Below, piece after piece: positions 38,347 to 49,037 of a stretch of 56,000 bases of DNA. Origin of the DNA: Candidatus Omnitrophota bacterium. Lineage in GTDB: Bacteria; Omnitrophota; Gorgyraeia; Zapsychrales; Zapsychraceae. A program made the position numbers and the translations under genes. Each line of letters opens with the position of its first letter. The stretch's first letter is position 1. The notes beneath the pieces are model-generated. The model searched no databases. It saw nothing but the letters and a program-made list of their open reading frames with translations, and was not told where the DNA came from. The stretch is taken from assembly GCA_003528115.1 (NCBI GenBank), contig DOGZ01000010.1:1-56000 (forward strand), in the 5' to 3' direction.

Positions 38347-39664
38347 AATTCAATAAAAATAACGACCTTGTCTGCATAAAAAACAATTCCCTTGTCCGCT
38401 TATTCAACACATTGAAAAGATAGCAAGCCAGCCCCTGCGATATCACCGTCGCCAAAGCCGCTCCATTCACACCATAAACAGGAATCAAGTGTAGGTTAAG
38501 ACCAATATTCATCACACCACCCGCAGCCGTTCTATAAAATGTATACTTCTGTAAATTTTCGGTCGTAAACCAATTTCCGCTCGCGACCCCCAGGCAAACG
38601 AAAATTCCTCCCCAGATATGAAGCACGAGCACACCCGCCGATGCGACGTAATCCGCGCCATAGAGAAACTGAACAAATTTTTCACTCACAATCGTTGCAA
38701 CAACCGCAACAATTATCCCTAACAATGCCATCGCATCAAAGAGTTTCTGGAGGCGCCGACGATAAAGCGTCTCATCAACGGATTTTGTTTGAATTATAAC
38801 CGGAAAGACGGAATTAACTATAGCCACCGGGATAAAATACCACGCCTCGCTGATACGCACTGCTGCCGAGTAAATCCCAACGGCCTCATCTCCCATCATC
38901 TGCCCCAGCATGATCTGATCTATACGCATATAAATCATTACAGCAATACTTGACAAAAGCAATGGCCAGCTATCCCTGAGAAGTGCCCGGGCCTTGTCCA
39001 TTCTAAATCTCCAAGAAAATATGGAGTGTTTAGTATACTTATAAACAATAGCAAGAAGCAATGCCCCCATCGCCGTCTCGACAAACCCCGCAATGGCAAA
39101 GGCTATGAGAGTGACATGAGCAAGCAGAAGACTAATTTTGACAAAAATGAATAATAAAAAAGAACCATTCTGGGCATACACGGCATATTTCGACTTCAAT
39201 TGCGATTGAAAATAAAATTCAATAACATTGAAAGACTGAAAGACAAACCCTGCCGCACTTAGTCCCACCAACCACATCGTCTGTATATCGCCATCTCTAA
39301 GAAAATAGATAATAGTTACTGTCAGTATAAGAGTTAATAGCCCCCCCAAGAATTTAAGAATAAAAGCACTGCCGAGAATTTCATCTTTTTGGTCTGGACG
39401 CTTAACAATCTCCCGAACAACGATGTTGTTAAGCCCTAATGTTGCGAACGCCGTAAAAAGAACAGTAAAGGCAATGGCATAATTCCAGAGGCCGTACTGT
39501 TCCGGGCCTAAATAGCGGGCTATCCATGCTACGATAAACAGCCCCACCCCCATGCGGAAAATATTATCAACAAACAGCCAGCTAATATTTTTTAAAATCC
39601 TTAGGGGATTCGGACTATTTTTAATCTTGACGCCATCGAAAAGAATATCTAGTAATCGTCTCAT
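38324..39664 (-). CDS. Wzx-type polysaccharide flippase (Polysacc_synt/MOP family)
   Basis: 446 aa, about 12 TM helices, MOP flippase-like N-terminus. Confidence 0.8.
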   Translation of the reverse strand: MRRLLDILFDGVKIKNSPNPLRILKNISWLFVDNIFRMGVGLFIVAWIARYLGPEQYGLWNYAIAFTVLFTAFATLGLNNIVVREIVKRPDQKDEILGSAFILKFLGGLLTLILTVTIIYFLRDGDIQTMWLVGLSAAGFVFQSFNVIEFYFQSQLKSKYAVYAQNGSFLLFIFVKISLLLAHVTLIAFAIAGFVETAMGALLLAIVYKYTKHSIFSWRFRMDKARALLRDSWPLLLSSIAVMIYMRIDQIMLGQMMGDEAVGIYSAAVRISEAWYFIPVAIVNSVFPVIIQTKSVDETLYRRRLQKLFDAMALLGIIVAVVATIVSEKFVQFLYGADYVASAGVLVLHIWGGIFVCLGVASGNWFTTENLQKYTFYRTAAGGVMNIGLNLHLIPVYGVNGAALATVISQGLACYLFNVLNKRTRELFFMQTRSLFLLNFGWPRLG

Positions 39665-40806
39665 AATTTATCCATTAGTTTGTCGATAATCCTTTCCATC
39701 TTCAACCCCCGCATACAAGGAAACCTCCCCTTGCACGTCGGCACGGTGTAGCCGAAACGCGTGCACGGCGAACAGGATACGTATTCACTCACAATCGTAT
39801 GTTCTTTTCCTTGTGGCCGCCATTTCTCAAGGTTCCCGGGCCCAAAAGCGGCAATGACAGGTGCCCCCACGGCACAGGCCAAATGCATGATCCCGGAATC
39901 TGTCCCGATAAACAGTCGGCTACGATTGATCAACGCCGCTGTTTGCTCAAGAGTCGTTTTTCCCACATAGTTGCGCACCAGCGGATGGGCGACTTCTTTC
40001 ATCAATAGGCCAACGTCTCGCAGAATATCATGCCCCCCCAATAAAACAACTGGAAATTGTTTATAAATAAGACGGCGGATGATTTTAATGCTTTGCTCTC
40101 TGGTAAAACGCCGTAAGGGAATGCTTGCGCCTAAGAATAACGTCACGCTGTTGGCGGGGATTTGCTCGGAGGCCCAATGCCGCAATTCTTGATTTAAGTG
40201 AAAACTATTATTGATGTCCTCCAAGTGGGGTAACTTAAAAACTTTGGAAAACAAATTTTGAAAATTAATGAGTTCATAGCCATCAAGACGGTAAGGAACC
40301 GGTTGATTAAAAAGTTTTTCCCTCCGATGGGACGTCCCAAAACCCACCCGGCATTTCGCCTTGCCCCGGTAGGAAACGATGGCGCTTAAGAAATGCCACT
40401 GCTCGGTATCCACGACCACATCGTATTGATGCTTAAAAACTGACTTAAACTCTTCGCGATTATCATAACAAAAAGCCTGATGATAAATGTCTTTCTGCGA
40501 TAAAAACCCGTGAATATTGCGCCGCTCCCCGAGGATATCGATTTGACATTGCGGGTACGTTTGTTTAATGGCCCGTAATACCGGCAAAAGAAAAATCGCG
40601 TCCCCCAGCCCTCCCGGACGGATCACAAGCATACTTCGGACATCACGGCCATCTAGGGAAACCCGCTTCTGTGCAGGCAAAACAAATGCCAACACATTTC
40701 CGGCAAAAAAATCCAAGAACTTTAAAAACTTCATCCTCCAGCTTCCGATGGAAAAGAGGATGTCCCCTAAACCGATTTTCTGGATTGTATTCTTTCTTCC
40801 CTCCAC
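39661..40806 (-). CDS. Glycosyltransferase family 9 (heptosyltransferase-like)
   Basis: 381 aa; IRPGGLGDAIFLLP and GTDSGIMHLACAVGAPVIAAFGP motifs. Confidence 0.8.
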   Translation of the reverse strand: MEGRKNTIQKIGLGDILFSIGSWRMKFLKFLDFFAGNVLAFVLPAQKRVSLDGRDVRSMLVIRPGGLGDAIFLLPVLRAIKQTYPQCQIDILGERRNIHGFLSQKDIYHQAFCYDNREEFKSVFKHQYDVVVDTEQWHFLSAIVSYRGKAKCRVGFGTSHRREKLFNQPVPYRLDGYELINFQNLFSKVFKLPHLEDINNSFHLNQELRHWASEQIPANSVTLFLGASIPLRRFTREQSIKIIRRLIYKQFPVVLLGGHDILRDVGLLMKEVAHPLVRNYVGKTTLEQTAALINRSRLFIGTDSGIMHLACAVGAPVIAAFGPGNLEKWRPQGKEHTIVSEYVSCSPCTRFGYTVPTCKGRFPCMRGLKMERIIDKLMDKL

Positions 40807-40816
40807 GATATATCCC

Positions 40817-42721
40817 CTACGGAATTTTTAATTTTCCTACTGACACAGCATTGGAAATCCGGGGATCCTCCACGGATCTCAATGACGCGAATGTGCCTTT
40901 TGTCATATTAAAGAAAAGCAATTCAACATTGTATTCACCAGCCCCTAATCCAGGAAGCCAATAGGCATAATATTCTTTAACCATATCGTCTTTTTTCCAC
41001 ACACTGGTCGGAAAAAGAAGATAGCCGATATCGCGGTCTTTCTTGTAGTAAATCCGGTTTTCTTTTGTAAGAACCAATCTCATCCTATACCGATTCCCCA
41101 CATCAACTTTTGCCTTCAAATAAAAAGTTACTGGTAAAACTTCTTTTTGAGAAAGCATTTCTTGACTAATTTTCAATGATAAAAGCTCAATGCGGTCATC
41201 GACGGTTAAATGAATCCCTCTCTCCTGAGGAACAGAGTTTGCATTGACTTCAACCAATTGGAGTCCGCCCGGAACACCTTTGCGAAAAAGAACAACATCT
41301 TCGATGGCATTGTGCACAGACCAGGCGGGATCTAAAAGAAATTTACGGAGTCTTTCTGATGTAAGTGACGGGTTAGTTAAAACCGCGGAATGAAGCCAAG
41401 GGTCATTAAAATCAATCAACGCATACGCCACTTCCTCCGGCACTTGAAACGGCGACCGGCCTGTAAAAAGATTAGCGTCCAGCCACACATTATACAGGGC
41501 GTAAAGATTTTCTCTTTGCGATAACGGATCCAGCAGGTTAAACGTTGAAACAACCCCCGCGTCTTTGGGAATATGGTTAATCATCTGCCATCGGATAGGA
41601 TTAAGACGATCTCCTAAAAGAAAACTCAAACGCCTGGTGAGTTGGTTTTGAAAGTGAAACGTGTGAAAGACCGATGTTAAAACAATAACCGCTATAACTA
41701 AAATAACGATTTTCAAACGAAACCGGCTTTTGACAATCGTCCATGTATTGACCGCGGCCATAAATATAAACACAACTAATGGAGCCGCGTAGTGAAAATA
41801 AATCGTGTGCTGAGACGCGGAACCGGACAGTAAATTCTGCATGAATACCGGAAAGCCGAGAAATAAAATGTGGGGACTAAAGAACGCCAAAGCAATCAAC
41901 GGCCCAAAAAGATCACGTACATAATAAAGATTCATCTCATTGGCTGCCATTTTGACCACTTGCCACGGATGAAAGAAAAAAAATTGAATAATCGACACCG
42001 GGGAACCGCCCAATTGACTATACGCTCCCCAGTAAATATTATTTTGACCGCTAAACTCTCTTCGAAAATAAGGCGTCAATACAAACATTTCGAGGGTGAA
42101 TAGAACCACCCCTAACAAAAAGGGCGTCAAGCTCCAAAGCATCATTTTATCTTTTTTGCCAAAGAGCGCGTGAATCCCAAACATCGCCACAAGCGGCGGC
42201 ATATTCTCTTTTAATAAGCTCATCAAAACAGCAACAATCATAAACGATCTAAACTTCTCTTCCCGGTAAAAATAAAAAAGCAAAAATAAAAATCCAATCG
42301 CGAGGCTTTCAAAATGAAATTCATAAAGAAGCATAAAAATATTAGCTGGATGAATAATGAATAACGTCATAAAACAAATGGCCATCCAGGAGCCGATATT
42401 TTTTTGTGCTATCCGGTAAAAGACAAACGCTCCCCCAAAAAAGGACAAGAGATTAAGATGGATTAACGTTAATGGGTGCTGAAAAAATGAATAGACGGGG
42501 ACTAAAAGAAAGGCAAAATATTCGGAATGGTTGGCAAGAAAGTTGGTTCCATAGAGTGAAACTCGTGTAGATCCGTGGCAAAGATTCCACATGGTCTGCG
42601 CCGCTAAATCGAAATCCCAGTCATAATAACCCAAGGAATAAAACTTATTTGTCAATAGATCAGCCCAAAAAAAATAGGCGAGAACGCAAACCCCCAAGGC
42701 TACGGCATCAGATTTTGTCAA
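40817..42721 (-). CDS. DUF2079-like polytopic membrane protein (GT-C-like candidate glycosyltransferase/polymerase) with C-terminal soluble domain
   Basis: 634 aa; about 12 N-terminal TM helices, YYDWDFDLAAQTMWN motif, 230-aa C-terminal beta-rich domain. Confidence 0.5.
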   Translation of the reverse strand: MTKSDAVALGVCVLAYFFWADLLTNKFYSLGYYDWDFDLAAQTMWNLCHGSTRVSLYGTNFLANHSEYFAFLLVPVYSFFQHPLTLIHLNLLSFFGGAFVFYRIAQKNIGSWMAICFMTLFIIHPANIFMLLYEFHFESLAIGFLFLLFYFYREEKFRSFMIVAVLMSLLKENMPPLVAMFGIHALFGKKDKMMLWSLTPFLLGVVLFTLEMFVLTPYFRREFSGQNNIYWGAYSQLGGSPVSIIQFFFFHPWQVVKMAANEMNLYYVRDLFGPLIALAFFSPHILFLGFPVFMQNLLSGSASQHTIYFHYAAPLVVFIFMAAVNTWTIVKSRFRLKIVILVIAVIVLTSVFHTFHFQNQLTRRLSFLLGDRLNPIRWQMINHIPKDAGVVSTFNLLDPLSQRENLYALYNVWLDANLFTGRSPFQVPEEVAYALIDFNDPWLHSAVLTNPSLTSERLRKFLLDPAWSVHNAIEDVVLFRKGVPGGLQLVEVNANSVPQERGIHLTVDDRIELLSLKISQEMLSQKEVLPVTFYLKAKVDVGNRYRMRLVLTKENRIYYKKDRDIGYLLFPTSVWKKDDMVKEYYAYWLPGLGAGEYNVELLFFNMTKGTFASLRSVEDPRISNAVSVGKLKIP

Positions 42722-42836
42722 ACGAAAATACCTTAGAATAAAGCCCTCTCCCTTCTCTATAATACTGGTCGGAAATAGGACATTCTCATCAAAGCGGTTT
42801 TTTATAGAAGAGTTTTTGCCTGAGCGTCAAGCAGAA

Positions 42837-42909
42837 TGGGCCATGCAGGACTTGAACCTGCCACCCCCTGATTAAGAGTCAGATGCTCTACCAGATGAGC
42901 TAATGGCCC
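42837..42909 (-). tRNA. tRNA-Lys (anticodon CTT)
   Basis: Reverse complement GGGCCATTAGCTCATCTGGTAGAGCATCTGACTCTTAATCAGGGGGTGGCAGGTTCAAGTCCTGCATGGCCCA folds as a cloverleaf with anticodon loop CTCTTAA; no encoded CCA. Confidence 0.85.
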
Positions 42910-43113
42910 AACATATCAAATTATTAATTGCTGGTGATTATAGGCAGGTCAGGATGTTTTTTCTTTAGAGAACACACCCCAGCACATAACTTAGGCTGTT
43001 TTCAAAAATTCGCTGGTGTATTATATCCAAGATTATTCGAATGTAAACCGATTTCTTTCCATGCTCGCCATGCCTGGCCGTGCTGGCCCGTTGCCATCCA
43101 AGCAAATTTTTAT

Positions 43114-44277
43114 TTAATCCTTTATCAACTTCTCAGAAGTACCGATCGGCGTTGGGTAATTGAACACAACCCAGTAACTGGAAACAATAAATGTAATAAT
43201 GGTCACAAATTGGATGAATTGGGAAGCGCGTTCTGAGATGTGGCCTAAGTCAAAGGCCAGAATAGCAATCAGCAAAGAAAACTCGCTCAACTGCCCGAGA
43301 CGAACACCAGCTTCTTTGGCAAAAGAGGCCTCTTCACCGGACAACATAAACAACTTCTTAAATATCCATGGCTTACCCCAGATAAGTATGCCGGCCAACA
43401 AAAGCGCCGGGATAAGAATTCCCTTCATAATAAAGAAATTCAGTTTGGCTCCTAAGGTAAAAAAGAATAAAACCAAGAAAAAGTCCCTCAAAGGCTTTAA
43501 TTTCTCAGAAATAAAAAGAGCGATCGGATGGCTGGCCAGGACAACACCGGCAAAAAAAGCGCCGGTTTCAAAAAAAAGCCCCATACTGTTAGAAATACTG
43601 GCTATCCCAAAACACCAAGCCAATCCCAGGACAAACAATGCCTCATGCAAACGGTCAACATACGTCATAATTTTTCTAATGACAAAATATTCAACCAGAA
43701 ACAGCGCACCAATAAAAACAACCAACTTAAAACTTAAAATAAAAAAATTAAATGTCGCGCCATCTGGAGAATTAAAACACCGGATAAACGCCAATACTGA
43801 GACGGCTAATAAATCCTGCATGATCAATACCCCGATACAGCTGGCCCCCATCTTTCCATGATGCAATTTCGTTGTCGGTAAAAGTTTAACGGCCAAAATT
43901 GTACTGGAAAACATGAGCGTAAAGCCGATGCACACACTCTCAATCATTGAAAAACGCCATACTAAAGCAAAAGAAAAACCGATGAGAAATGACGCTAAGG
44001 AACTTCCTAAGGTGACAATTGTCGTCTTTTTAAACAGACTGAGAAGTTTCTGCGGATGAAGACACAGTCCTACTAAGAATAAAAGCAAAGTAATCCCAAG
44101 ATGAGAAACCATTTCAATGAATTCAACATTCTTGATAAACCCCCAACCCCACGGGCCGATCAATATGCCGGAAATAATGTAGGCTATGATAATAGGCTGA
44201 CGAAGCATAACAGCAAAATAAGAAAGGATGGCCGCAAAGACGAGTAAGACGCTCAGATCAAGCAGAAATTTTTCCAT
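43114..44277 (-). CDS. Cation:proton antiporter (CPA2 / Na_H_Exchanger family)
   Basis: 387 aa, polytopic, KefB/NapA-like N-terminus. Confidence 0.8.
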   Translation of the reverse strand: MEKFLLDLSVLLVFAAILSYFAVMLRQPIIIAYIISGILIGPWGWGFIKNVEFIEMVSHLGITLLLFLVGLCLHPQKLLSLFKKTTIVTLGSSLASFLIGFSFALVWRFSMIESVCIGFTLMFSSTILAVKLLPTTKLHHGKMGASCIGVLIMQDLLAVSVLAFIRCFNSPDGATFNFFILSFKLVVFIGALFLVEYFVIRKIMTYVDRLHEALFVLGLAWCFGIASISNSMGLFFETGAFFAGVVLASHPIALFISEKLKPLRDFFLVLFFFTLGAKLNFFIMKGILIPALLLAGILIWGKPWIFKKLFMLSGEEASFAKEAGVRLGQLSEFSLLIAILAFDLGHISERASQFIQFVTIITFIVSSYWVVFNYPTPIGTSEKLIKD

Positions 44278-44458
44278 GAAGACGTTCCTAAATTTGCCAA
44301 TTTTTGTTCGAACAGGTTCATCCGAAAACTCTGATCCACCACCTGGAGTGATTTTAACAGCCGGTCTATAGAAGTCAAATATCTTCCGGAGAATAAAGGA
44401 AAATAAACAAGGAATAGATATCCATTCCCCATACGCAGGTTAATGATTCGAAGAGATT

Positions 44459-45496
44459 TTACGGATGCCGGATTTTTAAATATTCTTTAAAAAGTTTCTC
44501 GGCTTGAGGCCCGCCTAAGGGAGTCATATATTCAGGAATACTAAAGGCAACCAAGTCGGATCCGTACGCAGCATCTATCATGATCTGTTTCTGTACGCGT
44601 TCCAACTCAGCCGCTTCTGCGGCAAACTGGGTGCTCAGGGTGTCATTTCCCGTCACTTGTTTAAAAAGTTCAACAACGACTTGAAGCTGCCGGGAATTAA
44701 TTTGTGTGGCTCTGTGCAGGGACGCGAGATATTCAGGCAGTTGAGCAAACGTTAATTTGTCGGCCCCAATCCCGTCCTGAAAAAGTACGATATCAATAGG
44801 AGTGGCTTTTAAAAGGCTATCCCAAAATAATTCAAATACCCCAGGGGTCATCTCGGCATTGCAAAATCCTGACAGGGCCACGCGTTTGTCAGGAAATAGC
44901 TTGTGTAAATGCGCGCCCAAATCATTTAAATGGTCAAACAGGATCTGTTGGGACTCGAAAGTTCTCCAATTAGAATCATCAATCTCTTGTGTGATATACC
45001 AACCTTGAAATGAGTCGTATTTCTTTACTAAGGGGGCCAACCGGTCGGCCAACTCCTTGGAGGCATGGGACATATCGGCTAAATAATTTTTGACAAACGA
45101 AGTGTCCCGGGCGATTTCATTCCAATAATCCGGATCCAGCTCCAGCCCCACAAATACGTTCATTCCCGCTTTCTCAGCTTCATTAAGAATAAAATTTAAT
45201 GGGGCATCCACGCGTGATTGGTTATTCCCATCATTGAAGAATTCCAATTTGTCAAAGACAGACCACTGCACGATCAAATAGGACACCTTAAGCTGACGCA
45301 AATAAGCAAACAATCCTTCCCAATCCTCTTTTGTCCACCCTTGATGCGCAGATAACAATTGTATAAATGTCCCCTTCAAAAAAGTTTGGGAGGATTTCGT
45401 AACCGACGGATTCAAGGCACAACTCTGCGTAGAAAGCAAAAACGTGAATAACAGAAAAAACCGCAGGAACTTCTCAGACTTGACTCGATCAATCAT
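44459..45496 (-). CDS. DUF4434-like putative glycoside-hydrolase-fold lipoprotein
   Basis: 345 aa, signal peptide plus Cys (STQSCA), LKGTFIQL...QW motif; last gene of the NfrAB-like operon. Confidence 0.5.
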   Translation of the reverse strand: MIDRVKSEKFLRFFLLFTFLLSTQSCALNPSVTKSSQTFLKGTFIQLLSAHQGWTKEDWEGLFAYLRQLKVSYLIVQWSVFDKLEFFNDGNNQSRVDAPLNFILNEAEKAGMNVFVGLELDPDYWNEIARDTSFVKNYLADMSHASKELADRLAPLVKKYDSFQGWYITQEIDDSNWRTFESQQILFDHLNDLGAHLHKLFPDKRVALSGFCNAEMTPGVFELFWDSLLKATPIDIVLFQDGIGADKLTFAQLPEYLASLHRATQINSRQLQVVVELFKQVTGNDTLSTQFAAEAAELERVQKQIMIDAAYGSDLVAFSIPEYMTPLGGPQAEKLFKEYLKIRHP

Positions 45497-45533
45497 GATT
45501 CTCTTCCTAAATTTTACGCCGTTCAGAAATAAC

Positions 45534-48500
45534 TCAATATCTGAAAGTCATGGACAGAACAAAGCCGGAGGAAGAGCCGTCAAACGGAATTTTATACTGC
45601 AGGAGTAATTCAAGATTCGTCTGCTTGCCCTCTTCCTTATCGGCATTGAACGTATGCGTAAATAGGATCCCCGGTCCTCCCTCGGAGTAGGACACACTGG
45701 AGGGATCCGGATTTTCCCATCGTCCGTTGACAATTAATTGAGGTGTAATAACCAAAAAATTTTTATAATTAACGCTTACCCCCTGCCGGACCTCCGCTGA
45801 ATAAGCCCATGAGGGATTCTCCAGAAAATAACCCGCGTCCATGTAGAACGAACTATAATTCCAGCACTTCTTGCCGCGTTTCAATTCCATCCCGTTATCC
45901 CATGAATACGCCTGCCTGAAAAGCCAGTTATCCTGAGCCTGATCTCCGATTTTTATAAGCCTTTCCGCGCCCATAAAAAAATTATACAGCCTGAATGGCT
46001 TATAACGAACCCCCACGCCTCCCTGATAGGAGTCTTCTTCAATGGCCAATGAGTTCGGCGGGGTACTCCATAAGATTCTTGAGGTAATTTGAAAAATCCG
46101 TTCATCCCGAAAACCGATGACCGGCGGTTGATAGGTCATATCGATGCCGCCTTGCGATAAGATGCTTCCCCCCGTGCCTACCCCTGACGGAGCGTTGGTT
46201 TTGTTATGAGTGTTCGGGCGATACATTTGGTAAAGAGTAAAATTAAAACGGTTTTCCAATTTATGGATCTCTTTGCGCAGATGCTCCACTTCCTCATCAG
46301 ATTCCGGATTCTTCGGATCCGCGTCATTATGTCCCTCAAGACGGTGATTAATCGCACGATTAAACCATGATATAGCTTTATCATTTGCCGCGATTTTCAT
46401 GTTCAGGTATCCCAGTTCTTTGTAAAGGTCATGGGCGCGCGGATCCTGGGCCACGATCTTCTCAAAAACAGAGATGGCTTCATCATACTTGCGGATATTC
46501 ACATAAACGTAACCTAAATGTTTGGCATAAGAAACATTTTGTGGATCTTCCGAGAGGGCCGTTTCAAAACTAATGATGGCATCGTTCCATAATCCTAATT
46601 TTTGATAAAACAAACCTGATTCAAAATGATGTTCGGGTAATGTCCGCAAAGAGTTGGCTTTAGTTTTCAAAATCTCCGCGTCTTTAAATTTATGCTGTCC
46701 CTCATAGATCTCCGCCAACGTGTTTAACCACCGGACTTCCAAATCCACGGGTAATTCTTCTTCGGTTATATTTTCAAGGATGCGCTGGGCATGATCGGCG
46801 TCCCCGGCCAGTTGATACATTTTTCCTAAGGATAATGCAACATGGGGGTCTCGCTTTAAATCCAGACACTGCTGAAGAACTTGAGCGGCAAGCTTGTAAT
46901 TTCCTTCCTGGGCATGCACATAGGCCAATTCCTGATAAGCCTCGACTTCTTCCGGCGCTCTCGAAAGAATATTTTCAAAAGTCCGGCGTGCTTGAGCGAT
47001 ATTCCCCAAATACCTTTGAACTTTCCCCAAACTCAAAGCGACGCGGGCGTCGTATTCTTTATTTAAATAATTTGTCCATGTTTTCTCAGCGAGAATGTAA
47101 TTATTTCTTTGAGAATCAATGTTTCCGAGCTCGAAGTCAATATTCAATTGCTCGGATTCATCCAACATATAAGATTTGCCATGAGCGGCTTTTAAATAGT
47201 AGGTCGCGACATCGGGTTTATTCAGCTTTGTGTAACAGCGGCTTAAATAAAGTAAAAACGCTGGATCCGGATGAAGATCATTCGCCAAACGGAACTCTTC
47301 AGCCGCCTCTTGCCAACGTCCCAACTTATAAAGAGACATCCCAAGACCCCGGCGCGCTTCCCAATCATCTTCTCTTTCTTTAAGCACATTTTGAAAACTT
47401 TGGACGGCCCGAGCATCGTCTCCCAGTTGACTGTAAAGATTCGCTTGCACTTTAAGAACTTCTTTCCTCTTCGATGAAATCAAACCGGTTTTTTTTAACA
47501 ATTGTTCATTGGTCTTAACCGCTCCTTTTAAGTCCCCCTGTTTAATCCGTGTAAAGGCCAATTGTTGCAAAACCTCAGGGGTTTCCTCGATGGATACGCT
47601 TTTCTCGAAATGTTTGATAGCCTCAGAATATGACTTCGATCTCAAAAAAACATCCCCCAACTGGGCGTAGATTTCTGGATTCAACGGTTTGTCACTCTGG
47701 TTTTGTTCAAAAATATTCCTGGCCGCTGTCAAATGCTTCAAGGCCTTTTCATTATTTTGTATTCTGGAATAAAGCAGGCCTAACCTCAGATGCAGATCGT
47801 AAGAAGGACCCTTCTCCAGCCCTTCTTCCGTTACTTTAATGGCCTCAGGTAAATTCCCCATGTCCTCGAGAATCTGGCTGTAGGCCAGCAATGCTTTTAT
47901 ATCCCCGGTCATTGTAGCGGCCGCCTTAAAATCCTCCGCTGAAAGCTTGTACTCTTTCAACTGCTGATAGATATATCCCCGGGTCATTAAAATCAGTGCG
48001 ACATCTTCTTTTTCAATAAGGGAAGCAAGTATATGGGTGTATTCCGTCACAGCCTCTGTTAATCGCCCGGAAGAATACAAAATATTGGCAAGGCGTTTTT
48101 GGTTATCAACAGTTTTGTTGATTGAGAAAAGATGTTGCATCCACTGGAGGCTTTGACCGTATTTTTCCTGTTGATAGGCTAGTTGGGTCAAATTGTCTAA
48201 AATTTCAGGATTATCAGGATCCTGATTGAGCGCGGACTCAAACATAGCCTGCGCTTTTTCCCATTGAGCCTCTTTTTTGTAAAATTCCCCCAGGCCTAAA
48301 AAAACATTTCTTTGTTCTCCGGGGTCCTGGGTGAGCTCCAATGCCTTATGATAATTATGCTCGGTCTCGTCATGATGTCCTAATTTTTCTTCCACCATGC
48401 CTAAACGGTAATAAAGGTTGAATCCCTCCTGGATTGTTTTTATTTCCTGCAAGGCGTTTAATGCCTCCTGATAGGACTGCTCTTTGATGGCCAGATCCGC

Positions 48501-49037
48501 CACCATATTTAAGGCAAACACGCGATCGTCCCGGCTGATATCCTTAAGACCCGCGGCCCCGCGAAAACTCTTGATAGCCTCCATCGATTGATCAAGATTC
48601 TGATGAGCCAATCCTTTATAGAGAAAGGCGGTTGATGATTCAGGCTGAATCTTTAAGATATCTTCCGCCTCCTGGATAACGCGCACATATTCTTTAAGTT
48701 GATATAAAAGCACGACATAAGTCGCGCGTACCGCCTGATCCCGAGGAGAAATATGAATATATTTTTCCAGTTCTTCTTTTGCTTCTTGAAGGCGATTATC
48801 CTCCATCAAACGGTAAGCCTTATCAAGATGGGGATATGTCCTGAATAAACGGATTTCTCGCTTAAGCCAATTCGTTGGAGAAGGAGTGTTCGGTTGAGAG
48901 GTCATGGGGGCCTCTGGAGTTGGCCTAGCCTCATCTGCCGGAACCGGCAGACTTAAAGTCATCAATACCAGGACCAAAGAAAAACATCTAAGGCCGACGC
49001 ATATTAAGGCAAGTCGATTCTTAACGTTAATCTTCAT
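45534..49037 (-). CDS. Outer-membrane TPR-repeat / C-terminal beta-barrel polysaccharide secretion protein (NfrA/PgaA/BcsC-like)
   Basis: 1167 aa; signal peptide, over 20 TPR units, C-terminal 300 aa alternating beta-strand pattern ending in aromatic ...SMTFRY; 11-nt overlap with the upstream synthase gene. Confidence 0.7.
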   Translation of the reverse strand: MKINVKNRLALICVGLRCFSLVLVLMTLSLPVPADEARPTPEAPMTSQPNTPSPTNWLKREIRLFRTYPHLDKAYRLMEDNRLQEAKEELEKYIHISPRDQAVRATYVVLLYQLKEYVRVIQEAEDILKIQPESSTAFLYKGLAHQNLDQSMEAIKSFRGAAGLKDISRDDRVFALNMVADLAIKEQSYQEALNALQEIKTIQEGFNLYYRLGMVEEKLGHHDETEHNYHKALELTQDPGEQRNVFLGLGEFYKKEAQWEKAQAMFESALNQDPDNPEILDNLTQLAYQQEKYGQSLQWMQHLFSINKTVDNQKRLANILYSSGRLTEAVTEYTHILASLIEKEDVALILMTRGYIYQQLKEYKLSAEDFKAAATMTGDIKALLAYSQILEDMGNLPEAIKVTEEGLEKGPSYDLHLRLGLLYSRIQNNEKALKHLTAARNIFEQNQSDKPLNPEIYAQLGDVFLRSKSYSEAIKHFEKSVSIEETPEVLQQLAFTRIKQGDLKGAVKTNEQLLKKTGLISSKRKEVLKVQANLYSQLGDDARAVQSFQNVLKEREDDWEARRGLGMSLYKLGRWQEAAEEFRLANDLHPDPAFLLYLSRCYTKLNKPDVATYYLKAAHGKSYMLDESEQLNIDFELGNIDSQRNNYILAEKTWTNYLNKEYDARVALSLGKVQRYLGNIAQARRTFENILSRAPEEVEAYQELAYVHAQEGNYKLAAQVLQQCLDLKRDPHVALSLGKMYQLAGDADHAQRILENITEEELPVDLEVRWLNTLAEIYEGQHKFKDAEILKTKANSLRTLPEHHFESGLFYQKLGLWNDAIISFETALSEDPQNVSYAKHLGYVYVNIRKYDEAISVFEKIVAQDPRAHDLYKELGYLNMKIAANDKAISWFNRAINHRLEGHNDADPKNPESDEEVEHLRKEIHKLENRFNFTLYQMYRPNTHNKTNAPSGVGTGGSILSQGGIDMTYQPPVIGFRDERIFQITSRILWSTPPNSLAIEEDSYQGGVGVRYKPFRLYNFFMGAERLIKIGDQAQDNWLFRQAYSWDNGMELKRGKKCWNYSSFYMDAGYFLENPSWAYSAEVRQGVSVNYKNFLVITPQLIVNGRWENPDPSSVSYSEGGPGILFTHTFNADKEEGKQTNLELLLQYKIPFDGSSSGFVLSMTFRY

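Noticed and set aside
40817-42721. Possibility that the 634-aa polytopic protein is the missing exosortase
   Set aside because: TM count, length and the YYDWDFDL motif fit DUF2079/GT-C-like proteins, not the 8-TM exosortase with its conserved Cys/Arg/Asn triad. No EpsI-like partner is present
42910-43113. Mobile element or integrase next to tRNA-Lys
   Set aside because: No integrase-like ORF or direct repeat of the tRNA 3' end was found in the 200 bp beyond the tRNA. Only spurious short ORFs
43199-43861. 220-aa plus-strand ORF
   Set aside because: Antisense to the CPA2 antiporter; Lys/Asn-rich low-complexity translation typical of a shadow frame
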